Origin: Eledone cirrhosa
Lineage: Eukaryota
NCBI GenBank assembly: GCA_964016885.1
Contig: OZ024743.1
Location: 104,780,001-104,844,000, forward strand
Reading direction: 5' to 3'
Length of the DNA: 64,000 nt
Positions 12,921 to 25,300 of this stretch are shown one piece after another. The notes under the pieces were generated by a model that saw only the letters and a program-made list of their open reading frames with translations, did no database searches and was not told the DNA's origin. The number at the start of each line of letters is the position of its first letter. The stretch's first letter is position 1. The translations under genes were made by a program, and so were the position numbers.

Positions 12921-13168
12921 GCCTTCACTGTAACGTATCGCCATCACCCTTTCGCCACAATATACTTCCGAATTCACGAGGCCCTACTATAGATAATAAA
13001 ATATTGAAGTCATATTATATGTCCTCGATATCAGTATTTCTAAATATTTCCTACTATGGTCTTTGCAGACATTTCTGTTATGTTTTATAGTTATATTTGG
13101 GGATGGTCCCTTTGTCAATGTTGCCAATATAAACACACGCCTTATTTGACTTCCACTTCAGTATTTGA

Positions 13169-13358
13169 GGGCGGTGGATTGGCAGTATCGGTAGAGGGTC
13201 GGACGCTATGATTTCCAGCATAGTTACGTCCCTTTACGATCTGAGTTCAAATCCCGCCGAGGTGGACTTTGCCTTTCATCCTTATGGGGTCGATAAAATA
13301 AAGTACCAGTAATGCACTGGATAATTGCTGGCCTTATGCCTAAAGTCGAGACAATTAT
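13169..13358 (+). mobile_element. tRNA-derived SINE with about 20-bp target-site duplication
   Basis: Same consensus as 8641; TTATTTGACTTCCACTTCAG at about 13142 and 13355. Confidence 0.9.
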
Positions 13359-13396
13359 TTGACTTCCACTTCAGCATTATTATTGTTATTATTAAT

Positions 13397-13598
13397 GGCG
13401 GCGAGGGTGGTGGATAGGCAGTATCGGTAGAGGGTCGGTTGCCTACTTTGCAGCAAAAAGAGTTACGGCCCTTTATGGTCTGAGTTCAAACCCCGCCGAG
13501 GTTAACTTTGCCTTTCATCCTTACGGGTCGATAAAATGAAGTACCAGTAATACACTGGGATAATTGCTGGCATTGTGCCAAAAATAGAAACAATTATT
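13397..13598 (+). mobile_element. tRNA-derived SINE
   Basis: Same consensus; second of three tandem copies. Confidence 0.88.
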
Positions 13599-13601
13599 AA
13601 T

Positions 13602-13800
13602 GGCGGTGAATTGGTAGTATCAGTAGAGGGTCGGACGCCACACTTTGCAGCATAGAGTTATGCTCCTTTATTGTCTGAGTTCAAATGTCGCCGAGGTTAA
13701 CTTTTCCTTTCATCCTTACGGGGTCGAAAAATAAAGTACCAATAATGTACTGAGATAATTGGCCTTGTGTACCTTGTGCCGAAAGTAGGAATAATTATTA
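13602..13800 (+). mobile_element. tRNA-derived SINE
   Basis: Same consensus; begins directly in the (ATT) tail of the previous copy. Confidence 0.88.
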
Positions 13801-14450
13801 TTATTTATTGCTTATTTCGTCTTATTCGGTTTACTTCAACAGAAAAAGATCAGAAAGCCATTGCGGAGGCTGCAATATGAAAGATCTTTGACAAAATAAC
13901 AAATAACTAAAAATAATGTTTTCTTTATTAGCCATACAGGGTTCCCATTAAAGAAACATTAAAGAAGATACAGGGCGATACAGTATATTTTTTTTTGTGT
14001 AAAATAAAATTTATAACTGAGACTAAGCAAAATAAACATTAAAAAATAAAACAAACATAACAAATTCCCAAAGGGTCACTTTTGTACGTCCACACCACCC
14101 CTCTTATTTGAAATTAAATATTTCCCAATACTTCTCAAATCAACCAAGTATTTATACTTCTAGCTTTAGGCGTAAATCTTCTGAAACGACGGGAATTAGC
14201 AGTCAGATGTCTTTTCAAGTAAGAGTTAAAATCGCTTTCCCGGCATATACAGATTTGTTGGTCACTGCAGGCCACTATGTCGACTTTTTATCTCATCATC
14301 TTGTTGGATTAGTTACTTTATTTATTCAACTATTATTTATATTTATTAAATATTATTATAACTTTCTGCATTAGGGTGACTATATTTTCATATATGTACA
14401 TATCTATATCTATATCCCCCTCACACACACACACACACAATCTCTCTCTC

Positions 14451-14485
<35 letters not shown>

Positions 14486-14489
14486 ATAA

Positions 14490-16440
14490 TAAATGTGAAG
14501 ACTAAAATCCGAAGAGGGCTCTATAATGATTATATATATATAATATATAAATAAACCCGTAGAGCACTGTATTTAAGATCGAGAGACGCAACTTCGAGTG
14601 ATTAGCGGCCTTTAGACTCACCTGATCAATTAAACAATTGTTAATACTGGAAATAAAACCATTTTTTTACAGCCGACCATGTTATTCTTCACTCTTTCAC
14701 TACTATTACTCCAAGTATAACCTACATGGGAATTCTTGCAAACTCGCTACCTATCTAAGGAAACCTCTTGTTGAGTCAAACAACACCGTACATTAAAACT
14801 ATCCATAGTACAGAGTACTCACAACCTCTAACTGGATTACCTAAAACGATAACTTGTTATCCCATATACCCCCACTAGGTTGAGCAACAACCTTAACGCA
14901 CAGCACTAACATGGAAAAGCAACACATAGGCATGTCCTTAAAAAAACATAACTATACCTATAAACAGGGAATATGCACTCGGCATGATATAGCGTACTAA
15001 TGACTTCATCGGTCGAATCCGATGGAACCCCTATCATTACGACAAAGGACACGCTAATAACACAGAGGAATTTATTAGGGAAAAATACGGATTCAAATCC
15101 TGCAAAAGTCCACTGAGTAACCCCCAACTTGATGCCTTTGAACATGATAAGTGGGACCAAGTTAAAAAAACCTACAGGTTACAACAAACTGCAAAACGAC
15201 ATCAATGCACTGCTGAAAAAACTACGCAGCACTAACGGGATTATAATAAAAGCGGACAAAACATCAAACGTATACACAATGAGCCTTAACACATACAATA
15301 ACTTTATACGCCGTGAACTACACAACAAATACAGGAAAACTACCGAATCTACACTCACTGACATTTATAGGGAAGGACTTAGCATAGTAAAAAAACTGAA
15401 AACATCTGATAAAACCGAGCCTCTGACCCCTTGTAACCCCACATTTAATCTAAAAGATCATAAAAATAATTTCGAAACAGACCCCACAATTAGATTAATA
15501 TGCCCATCGAAGTCAGATATAGTTAGAAATTGCAAGTATATACTAGATAGAGTAATAGCACAGATCAAGGACAAACTAGAAATTAAGCTATGGGGTAACA
15601 CTAACGAAGCAATAGATTGGTTTAGCAAAATAGACAGTAGGGAAGCATCCAACTTCATACAGTTCGATCTCCCCAGTAACCCTTCCATCTCCCTAATAAC
15701 CCTAAATAAAGCGCTCGACTTTGCCCAGAAAAACTCAGACCTATCCTCTGATGAAATTAGAATAATACTAGCTGCTAGGAGAACTATCATTAGATTCGAA
15801 AATAGTTACTGGGAACGAAAAAACAGGCAGGATAGCTTCGATATTACAATGGGATCTAGCGACTCAGCACAAGTAACAGACATAGTTGGAATATATATAG
15901 CGCATAACTTACATAAGGAATTTAGTAACCCCCAAGGAGGAATGTATAGAGACGACACGCACCTTTTAGCTAAAAACATGGAAAGATTACGGAAAAACAT
16001 TAGAGTCTTCTTCAATAGACTAGGCCTAGGCATCACTTTCGAACTTAACTCTAATAAAGTAAATTTCTTAGATGTACCACTCAACCTAAACACAGGACTA
16101 ATAGAGCCCTTCCATAAAAATAACAAGAATCTAGCCTACATTAGTTATAACTCAAACCACCCTCGCAGCAACTACAAACCTAACGACAACTACACTACCC
16201 GCACCTATAGGAATAACAAATAGAGAACTAAACATGGAAATAGGCAACGAGCACCAGAAATAACCGAACCGAACACTAATATAGGGGCCCCTAAAAACTA
16301 CAGAAAATCCAGAGATAGGAAGACGCAACTTCAAGTGATTAGCGGCCTTTAGACTCACCTGATCAATGAAACAATTGTTAATGCTGTAAATAAAACCCTT
16401 TTTGTACAGCCAACCATGTTATTCTTCATTCCCTCACAAT
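14490..16440 (+). mobile_element. Penelope-like element, internally deleted, with direct pseudo-LTR repeats, between (TA)n tracts
   Basis: About 110-bp direct repeat (agacgcaacttc.agtgattagcggcctttagactcacctgatcaat...catgttattcttca) at about 14584-14691 and 16321-16428 brackets a PLE RT ORF. Confidence 0.8.
15129..16223 (+). pseudogene. Penelope-like reverse transcriptase (partial; no endonuclease seen)
   Basis: ADKTSNVY, LKDHK.NF, RLICPSKSD, FIQFD, FDITMGSSDSAQV, GMYRDD, VNFLDV, YISYNSNHP motifs typical of PLE RTs. Confidence 0.85.
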
Positions 16441-16488
16441 ATATATATATATACATATATATATATATTTATTAAAATAACAGATTAA

Positions 16489-16577
<89 letters not shown>

Positions 16578-16583
16578 TATACA

Positions 16584-16651
<68 letters not shown>

Positions 16652-16654
<3 letters not shown>

Positions 16655-17137
16655 AAAGTTATATTTAAATTGTTGGGTTACAACTAGTAAATATTTATAA
16701 CTGATATAAAAGCACTCAACAAGTATTTGGAGTATATTTACGATATTAAATAAATGGAAACTATATTTATAAAACCATATTTATTTCATTATATATATTT
16801 CAGGGATATCATATTAACAATATGTTATGCCTTCTTCAGACAAAATACAATATAGACAGTTTTATAGATAAATAGATTTGACATACCGTTCAACATCGAC
16901 TTGTATTTGAAAAAGTTGATTTGGCTATAAAACTGTCTATATTGTATTTTGTCTGAAGAAGGCATAACATATTGTTAATATGATATCCCTGAAATATATA
17001 TAATGAAATAAATATGGTTTTATAAATATAGTTTCCATTTATTTAATATCGTAAATATACTCCAAATACTTGTTGAGTGCTTTTATATCAGTTATAAATA
17101 TTTACTAGTTGTAACCCAACAATTTAAATATAACTTT

Positions 17138-17140
<3 letters not shown>
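16652..17140. repeat. Fold-back element: 216-bp inverted arms, 57-bp spacer, flanked by (TA)n
   Basis: 16652-16867 is the reverse complement of 16925-17140. Confidence 0.93.
16947..17008 (+). ncRNA. Minimal type I hammerhead ribozyme candidate (mirror copy on the minus strand in the left arm)
   Basis: ttttgt-CTGAAGA-agg...cct-GAAA-tatata-TA-atgaaa: core boxes, stem II AGG/CCT, palindromic stem III, stem I with G-U pairs. Confidence 0.6.
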
Positions 17141-17214
<74 letters not shown>

Positions 17215-17239
17215 CATATATATATATATAATATATATA

Positions 17240-17456
17240 CTCATTCATTCTACCACATTGCTCTCTGTGGAGCATTGACCCGTGACGAGCCTCCGCCATC
17301 ATACACGATCCTGGCTGCTCTCACCACTCCGCTCCAGTTGACTTCTAGTTATTCTTAATTTAGCCTCATTGTCACGCCTCCAGCTGCCTCGGGGCCGGCC
17401 TCTATTCCACTTAGCCTGCAGGTTCCAGGTCAGGGCTTGGCGTGTGGTGTTGTATG

Positions 17457-17460
<4 letters not shown>
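17240..17460 (-). mobile_element. RTE-clade LINE 3' fragment
   Basis: The minus strand encodes TTRQALTWNLQAKWNRGRPRGSWRRD (RTE C-terminal W.P.G.R.RGRP...W motif); (GAAT)n tail. Confidence 0.75.
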
Positions 17461-17543
<83 letters not shown>

Positions 17544-17689
17544 AGTTAATATGCCCGTGGGTACTAAGTACCCCTAGAAATATATAGGTTGTCTATGATT
17601 TAAGGTTGTTCTATGGTATTAATTTGACATACCAGAACTATAATATTAACATAAGCATGTCTTGCTTATCTTAATATATATATATATAT

Positions 17690-17766
<77 letters not shown>

Positions 17767-17772
<6 letters not shown>

Positions 17773-17943
17773 TCTACTTTAGCCACAAGGCCAGCAATTA
17801 TCCAGTATATTACTGGTACTTTATTTTGTCGACCCCGTAAGGATGAAAGGCAAAGTCAACCTCGGCGGGATTTGAACTCAGATCGTAAAGGGACGTAACT
17901 ATGCTGGAAAGCATGGCGTCCGACACTCTACCGATACTGCCAA
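17767..17943 (-). mobile_element. tRNA-derived SINE
   Basis: Reverse complement of the 8641 consensus. Confidence 0.88.
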
Positions 17944-18223
17944 ATATATTAATGAGGTAGAGGTCCGACCGCGAGCTCCGCAGTTACAGATTATCACATC
18001 TACAAGGGGCTTTTTATATATACAAACCCACACAGCCACACGCACATACCTCCATGCATACATACACACACATATATATGTACATATGTACACAAGTGTA
18101 CAAATCATTCTTTAATTGCTGCTAAAGACACCTGATACACTAATACTCTGGCTACACTACTCTACAAAAACTTATAATAATAATAACAATAATAATAATA
18201 ATAATAATGGAATTGTTGTCAAA

Positions 18224-18288
<65 letters not shown>

Positions 18289-18381
18289 CATATATATATT
18301 CATATATATATATATACATATACGTATATATATATATGTGCATATGTATATATATACATATACGTATATATATATATGTGC

Positions 18382-18438
<57 letters not shown>

Positions 18439-18724
18439 AATAGTTCAATTTACCTTATGGAACAGTCATCTCATTCACCGTCGCCCAATTTATTCAAGTA
18501 TGTATAGGTATATAGGTATAACACACACACACACACACACACACATACACACTCACACATATATATATATAAATATATATAAATATATATATGTGTGTGT
18601 GTGTATAGAAAGGAATTGCGTGTGCGTGTGTGTATAAGAAAGAATTTGTGAGGGCACATCTGGTAGTCGTAGACAGGTTAATGAGACGGATTTTGAATAT
18701 AAGTACATATATACATACATATAA

Positions 18725-18787
<63 letters not shown>

Positions 18788-18894
18788 AACATAGATAAAT
18801 ACACACACATAAAGAGACACACACATATATATATATATATATATAAACAAAGATAAATACACACACATAAAGAGACACACACACACATAAAGAC

Positions 18895-19195
18895 ACACAT
18901 ACTAACATACATACACATACTAACATACACACATATACTATCATACACACACATACTAACATACACACACACATACTAACATACACACACATACTAACAT
19001 ACACACACATACTAACATACACCCACATACTAACACTCACACACATACTAACATACACACACACATACTAACATACATACACATACTAACATAAACACAC
19101 ACATACTAAGAAACACACACATACTAACATACACACTCACATACTAACATACACACACATACTAACATACACACACATACTAACATACACACACA
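18895..19195 (-). repeat. Inverted block of the 18-bp satellite (ACATACTAACATACACAC)n
   Basis: Reverse-complement orientation of the main array, separated from it by about 120 bp. Confidence 0.9.
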
Positions 19196-19319
19196 CATAC
19201 ATATATATATGTTTTTACGTGTCTGGTTATAAAGTTATAAGTGTGTGTTTGTGTGTGTTAGTTGCATACCATATCTAGGGATTTACGTTTTCCATCGTCG
19301 TGTGTATGTTTTATATGAG

Positions 19320-22300
19320 TGTGTGTGCGTATGTTAGTATGTGTGCGTATGTTAGTATGTGTGTGTATGTTAATATCTGTGTGTATGTTAGTATGTGTGT
19401 GTTTGTTAGTATTTGTGTGTTTAAGTTAGTATGTGTGTGTTTGTTAGTATGTGTGTGTATGTTAGTATGTGTGTGTATGTTAGTATGCGTGTGTGTATGT
19501 TAGTATGTGTGTGTATGTTAGTATGTGTGTGTGTATGTTAGTATGTGTGTGTATGTTAGTATGTGTATGTATGTTAGTATGTGTGTGTGTATGTTAGTAT
19601 GTGTGTGTATGTTAGTATGTGTGTGTGTATGTTAGTATGTGAGTGTGTATGTTAGTATGTGTGTGTATGTTAGAATGTGTGTATATATTTGTATGTTTGT
19701 GTGTGTTAGTATGTGTGTGTGTGTTAGTATGTGTGTGTATGTTAGTATGTGTGTGTATGTTAGTGTATGTGTGCGTATGTTAGTATGTGTGTGTATGTTA
19801 GTATGTGTGTGTATGTTAGTATGTGTGTGTTTGTTAGTATGTGTGTGTGTATGTTAGTATGTGTGTGTATGTTAGTATGTGTGTGTATGTAAGTATGTGA
19901 GTGTATGTTAGTATATGTGTGTGTATGTTAGTATGTGTATGTATGTTAGTATGTGTGTGTGTATGTTAGTATGTGTATGTATGTTAGTATGTGTGTGTGT
20001 ATGTTAGTATGTGTGTGAGTGTTAGTATGTGTGTGTATGTTAGTATGTGTGTGTATATTTGTATGTTTGTGTGTGTTAGTATGTGTATGTTAGTATGTGT
20101 GTGTGTATGTTAGTATGTGTGTGTATGTTAGTATGTGTGTGTATGTTAGTATGTGTGTGTGTATGTTAGTATGTGTGTGTATGATAGTATATGTGTGTAT
20201 GTTAGTATGTGTGTGTGTGTTAGTATGTGTGTGTATGTTAGTATGCGTGTGTGTGTTAGTATGTGTGTGTATGTTAGTATGTGTGTGTTTGTTTGTATGT
20301 GTGTGTTTGTTAGTATGTGTGTGTATGTTAGTATGTGTGTGTATGTTAGTATGTGTGTGTATGTTAGTATGTGTGTGTATGTTAGTATGTATGTGTGTGT
20401 TAGTATATGTGTGTCTGTTAGTATGTGTGTGTATGTTAGTATGTATGTGAGTGTTAGTATGTGTGTGTATGTTAGTATGGTGTGTATGTTAGTATGTGTC
20501 TGTATGTTAGTATGTGTGTGTGTATGTTAGTATGTGTGTGTATGTTAGTATGTGTGTGTTTATGTTAGTATGTGTGTGTATGTTAGTATGTGTGTGAGTG
20601 TTAGTATTTGTGTGTATGTTAGTATGTGTGTGTGTGTTAGTATGTGTGTGTATGTTAGTAAGTGTGTGTTTGTTAGTATGTGTGTGTTTGTTAGTATGTG
20701 TGTGTATGTTAGTATGTGTGTGTTAGTATGTGTGTGTATGTTAGTATGTGTGTGTATGTTAGTATGTGTGTGTTTGTTAGTATTTCTGTGTGTATGTTAG
20801 TATGTGTGTGTGCATGTTAGTATGTGTGTGTGTATGTTAGTATGTGTGTATATGTTGGTATGTGTGTGTATGTTAGTATGTGTGTGTTTGTTAGTATTTC
20901 TGTGTTTATGTTAGTATGTGTGTGTGTGTCAGTATGTGTGTGTGTATGTTAGTATGTGTGTGTATGTTAGTATGTGTGTGTTTGTTAGTATGTGTGTGTA
21001 TGTTAGTATGTGTGTGTGTATGTTAGTATGTGTGTGTATGTTAGTATGTGTGTGTGTTAGTATGTGTGTGTATGTTAGTATGTGCGTGTGTGTTTGTATA
21101 TGTGTGTATGTAAGTATGTGTGTGTTTGTTAGTATGTGTGTGTGTATGTTAGTATGTGTGTGTATGTTAATATGTGTGTGTTTGTTAGTATGTGTGTGTA
21201 TGTTAGTATGTATGTGAGTGTTAGTATATGTTTGTATGTTAGTATGGTATGTATGTTAGTATGTGTCTGTATGTTAGTATCTGTGTGTGTATGTTAGTAT
21301 GTGTGTGTATGTTAGTATGTGTGTATATGTTGGTATGTGTGTGTATGTTAGTATGTGTGTGTTTGTTAGTATGTGTGTGTGTATGTTAGTATGTGTGTGT
21401 ATGTTAGTATGTGTGTGTGTATGTTAGTATGTGTGTATGTTAGTATGCGTGTGTATGTTAGTATGTGAGTGTGTATGTTAGTATGTGTGTGTTTCTTAGT
21501 ATGTGTGTGTTTCTTAGTATGTGTGTGAGTGTTAGTATATGTGTGTATGTTAGTATGTGTGTGTATATTTGTATGTTTGTGTGTGTTAGTATGTGTGTGT
21601 TAGTATGTGTGTGTATGTTAGTATGTGTGTGTATGTTAGTATGTGTGTGTATGTTAGTATGTGTGTGTGTATGTTAGTATGTGTGTGTATGTTAGTATGT
21701 GTGTGTGTTAGTATGTGTGTGTATGTTAGTATGTGTGTGTGTGTTTGTATGTGTGTGTATGTAAGTATGTGTGTGTTTGTTAGTATGTGTGTGTTTATGT
21801 TAGTATGTGTGTGTATGTTAATATGTGTGTGTTTGTTAGTATGTGTGTGTATGTTAGTATGTATGTGAGTGTTAGTATGTGTGTGTATGTTAGTATGGTA
21901 TGTATGTTAGTATGTGTCTGTATGTTAGTATGTGTGTGTGTATGTTAGTATGTGTGTGTATGTTAGTATGTCTGTGTTTATGTTAGTATGTGTGTGTATG
22001 TTAGTATGTGTGTATATGTTGGTATGTGTGTGTATGTTAGTATGTGTGTGTTTGTTAGTATGTGTGTGTGTATGTTAGTATGTGTATGTATGTTAGTATG
22101 TGTGTGTGTATGTTAGTATGTGTGTGTATGTTAGTATGTGTGTGTATGTTAGTATGTGAGTGTGTATGTTAGTATGTGTGTGTTTCTTAGTATGTGTGTG
22201 TTTATGTTAGTATGTGTGTGTATGTTAGTATGTGTGTGTTTCTTAGTATGTGTGTGTTTGTTAGTATGAGTATGTATGTTAGTATGTGTGTGAGTGTTAG

Positions 22301-25300
22301 TATGTGTGTGTATGTTAGTATGTGTGTGTATGTTAGTATGTGTGTGTTTATGTTAGTATGTGTGTGTATGTTAGTATGTGTGTGAGTGTTAGTATTTGTG
22401 TGTATGTTAGTATGTGTGTGTGTGTTAGTATGTGTGTGTATGTTAGTAAGTGTGTGTTTGTTAGTATGTGTGTGTTTGTTAGTATGTGTGTGTATGTTAG
22501 TATGTGTGTGTTAGTATGTGTGTGTATGTTAGTATGTGTGTGTATGTTAGTATGTGTGTGTTTGTTAGTATTTCTGTGTGTATGTTAGTATGTGTGTGTG
22601 CATGTTAGTATGTGTGTGTGTATGTTAGTATGTGTGTATATGTTGGTATGTGTGTGTATGTTAGTATGTGTGTGTTTGTTAGTATTTCTGTGTTTATGTT
22701 AGTATGTGTGTGTGTGTCAGTATGTGTGTGTGTATGTTAGTATGTGTGTGTATGTTAGTATGTGTGTGTTTGTTAGTATGTGTGTGTATGTTAGTATGTG
22801 TGTGTGTATGTTAGTATGTGTGTGTATGTTAGTATGTGTGTGTGTTAGTATGTGTGTGTATGTTAGTATGTGCGTGTGTGTTTGTATATGTGTGTATGTA
22901 AGTATGTGTGTGTTTGTTAGTATGTGTGTGTGTATGTTAGTATGTGTGTGTATGTTAATATGTGTGTGTTTGTTAGTATGTGTGTGTATGTTAGTATGTA
23001 TGTGAGTGTTAGTATATGTTTGTATGTTAGTATGGTATGTATGTTAGTATGTGTCTGTATGTTAGTATCTGTGTGTGTATGTTAGTATGTGTGTGTATGT
23101 TAGTATGTGTGTATATGTTGGTATGTGTGTGTATGTTAGTATGTGTGTGTTTGTTAGTATGTGTGTGTGTATGTTAGTATGTGTGTGTATGTTAGTATGT
23201 GTGTGTGTATGTTAGTATGTGTGTATGTTAGTATGCGTGTGTATGTTAGTATGTGAGTGTGTATGTTAGTATGTGTGTGTTTCTTAGTATGTGTGTGTTT
23301 CTTAGTATGTGTGTGAGTGTTAGTATATGTGTGTATGTTAGTATGTGTGTGTATATTTGTATGTTTGTGTGTGTTAGTATGTGTGTGTTAGTATGTGTGT
23401 GTATGTTAGTATGTGTGTGTATGTTAGTATGTGTGTGTATGTTAGTATGTGTGTGTGTATGTTAGTATGTGTGTGTATGTTAGTATGTGTGTGTGTTAGT
23501 ATGTGTGTGTATGTTAGTATGTGTGTGTGTGTTTGTATGTGTGTGTATGTAAGTATGTGTGTGTTTGTTAGTATGTGTGTGTTTATGTTAGTATGTGTGT
23601 GTATGTTAATATGTGTGTGTTTGTTAGTATGTGTGTGTATGTTAGTATGTATGTGAGTGTTAGTATGTGTGTGTATGTTAGTATGGTATGTATGTTAGTA
23701 TGTGTCTGTATGTTAGTATGTGTGTGTGTATGTTAGTATGTGTGTGTATGTTAGTATGTCTGTGTTTATGTTAGTATGTGTGTGTATGTTAGTATGTGTG
23801 TATATGTTGGTATGTGTGTGTATGTTAGTATGTGTGTGTTTGTTAGTATGTGTGTGTGTATGTTAGTATGTGTATGTATGTTAGTATGTGTGTGTGTATG
23901 TTAGTATGTGTGTGTATGTTAGTATGTGTGTGTATGTTAGTATGTGAGTGTGTATGTTAGTATGTGTGTGTTTCTTAGTATGTGTGTGTTTATGTTAGTA
24001 TGTGTGTGTATGTTAGTATGTGTGTGTTTCTTAGTATGTGTGTGTTTGTTAGTATGAGTATGTATGTTAGTATGTGTGTGAGTGTTAGTATGTGTGTGTA
24101 TGTTAGTATGTGTGTGTATGTTAGTATGTGTGTGCATGTTAGTATGTGAGTTTGTATGTTAGTATGTGTGTGTTTCTTAGTATGTGTGTGTTTATGTTAC
24201 TATGTGTGTGTATGTTAGTTTGTGTGTGTATGTTAGTATGTGTGTGTATGATAGTATGAGTATGTATGTTAGTATGTGTGTAAGTGTTAGTATATGTGTG
24301 TATGTTAGTATGTGTGTGTATATTTGTATGTCTGTGTGTGTTAGTATGTGTCAGTTAGTATGTGTGTGTATGTTAGTATGTGTGCGTATGTTAGTATGAG
24401 TGTGTATGATAGTATGTGTGTGTGTATGTTAGTATGTCTGTGTGTTAGTATATGTGTGTATGTTAGTATGTGTCTGTATGTTACTATGTGTGTATGTTAG
24501 TATGTGTGTGTATGTTAGTATGTGTGTGTGTTAGTATGTGTGTGTATGTTAGTATGTGTGTGTGTTAGTATGTGTGTGTATGTTAGTATGTGTGTGTATG
24601 TTTGTATATGTGTGTATGTTAGTATGTGTGTGTGTGTTAGTATGTGTGTGTATGTTAGTATGTGTGTGTGTGTTAGTATGTGTGTGTGTTAGTATGTGTG
24701 TGTATGTTAGTATGTGTGTGTATGTTTGTATATGTGTGTATGTTAGTATGTGTGTGTGTGTTAGTATGTGTGTGTATGTTAGTATGTGTGTGTGTGTTAG
24801 TATGTGTGTGTGTTAGTATGTGTGTGTTTGTTAGTATGTGTGTGTTTGTTAGTATGTGTGTGTATGTTAGTATATGTGTGTGTGTTAATATATGTGTGTA
24901 TGTTAGTATGTGTGTGTATGTTAGTATGTGTGTGTATGTTAGTATGTGTGTGTTTGTTAGTATGTGTGTGTTTATGTTAGTATTTGTGTGTATGTTAATA
25001 TGTGTGTGTTTGTTAGTAGGTGTGTGTATGTTAGTATGTATGTGTATGTTAGTATGTGAGTGTGTATGTTAGTATGTATGTGAGTGTTAGTATATGTTTG
25101 TATGTTAGTATGGTATGTATGTTAGTATGTGTCTGTATGTTAGTATGTGTGTGTGTATGTTAGTATGTGTATGTATGTTAGTATGTCTGTGTTTATGTTA
25201 GTATGTGTGTGTATGTTAGTATGTGTGTATATGTTGGTATGTGTGTGTATGTTAGTATGTGTGTGTTTGTTAGTATGTGTGTGTGTATGTTAGTATGTGT

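Noticed and set aside
11517-13090. 491-aa and 430-aa ORFs as genes
   Set aside because: Both arise from a stop-free 14-bp minisatellite; overlapping frames give the same peptide.
15129-16223. Selenoprotein-type (in-frame UGA) PLE
   Set aside because: No in-frame TGA at Cys-like positions seen, and the related 49-kb element has a C-terminal rather than N-terminal endonuclease.
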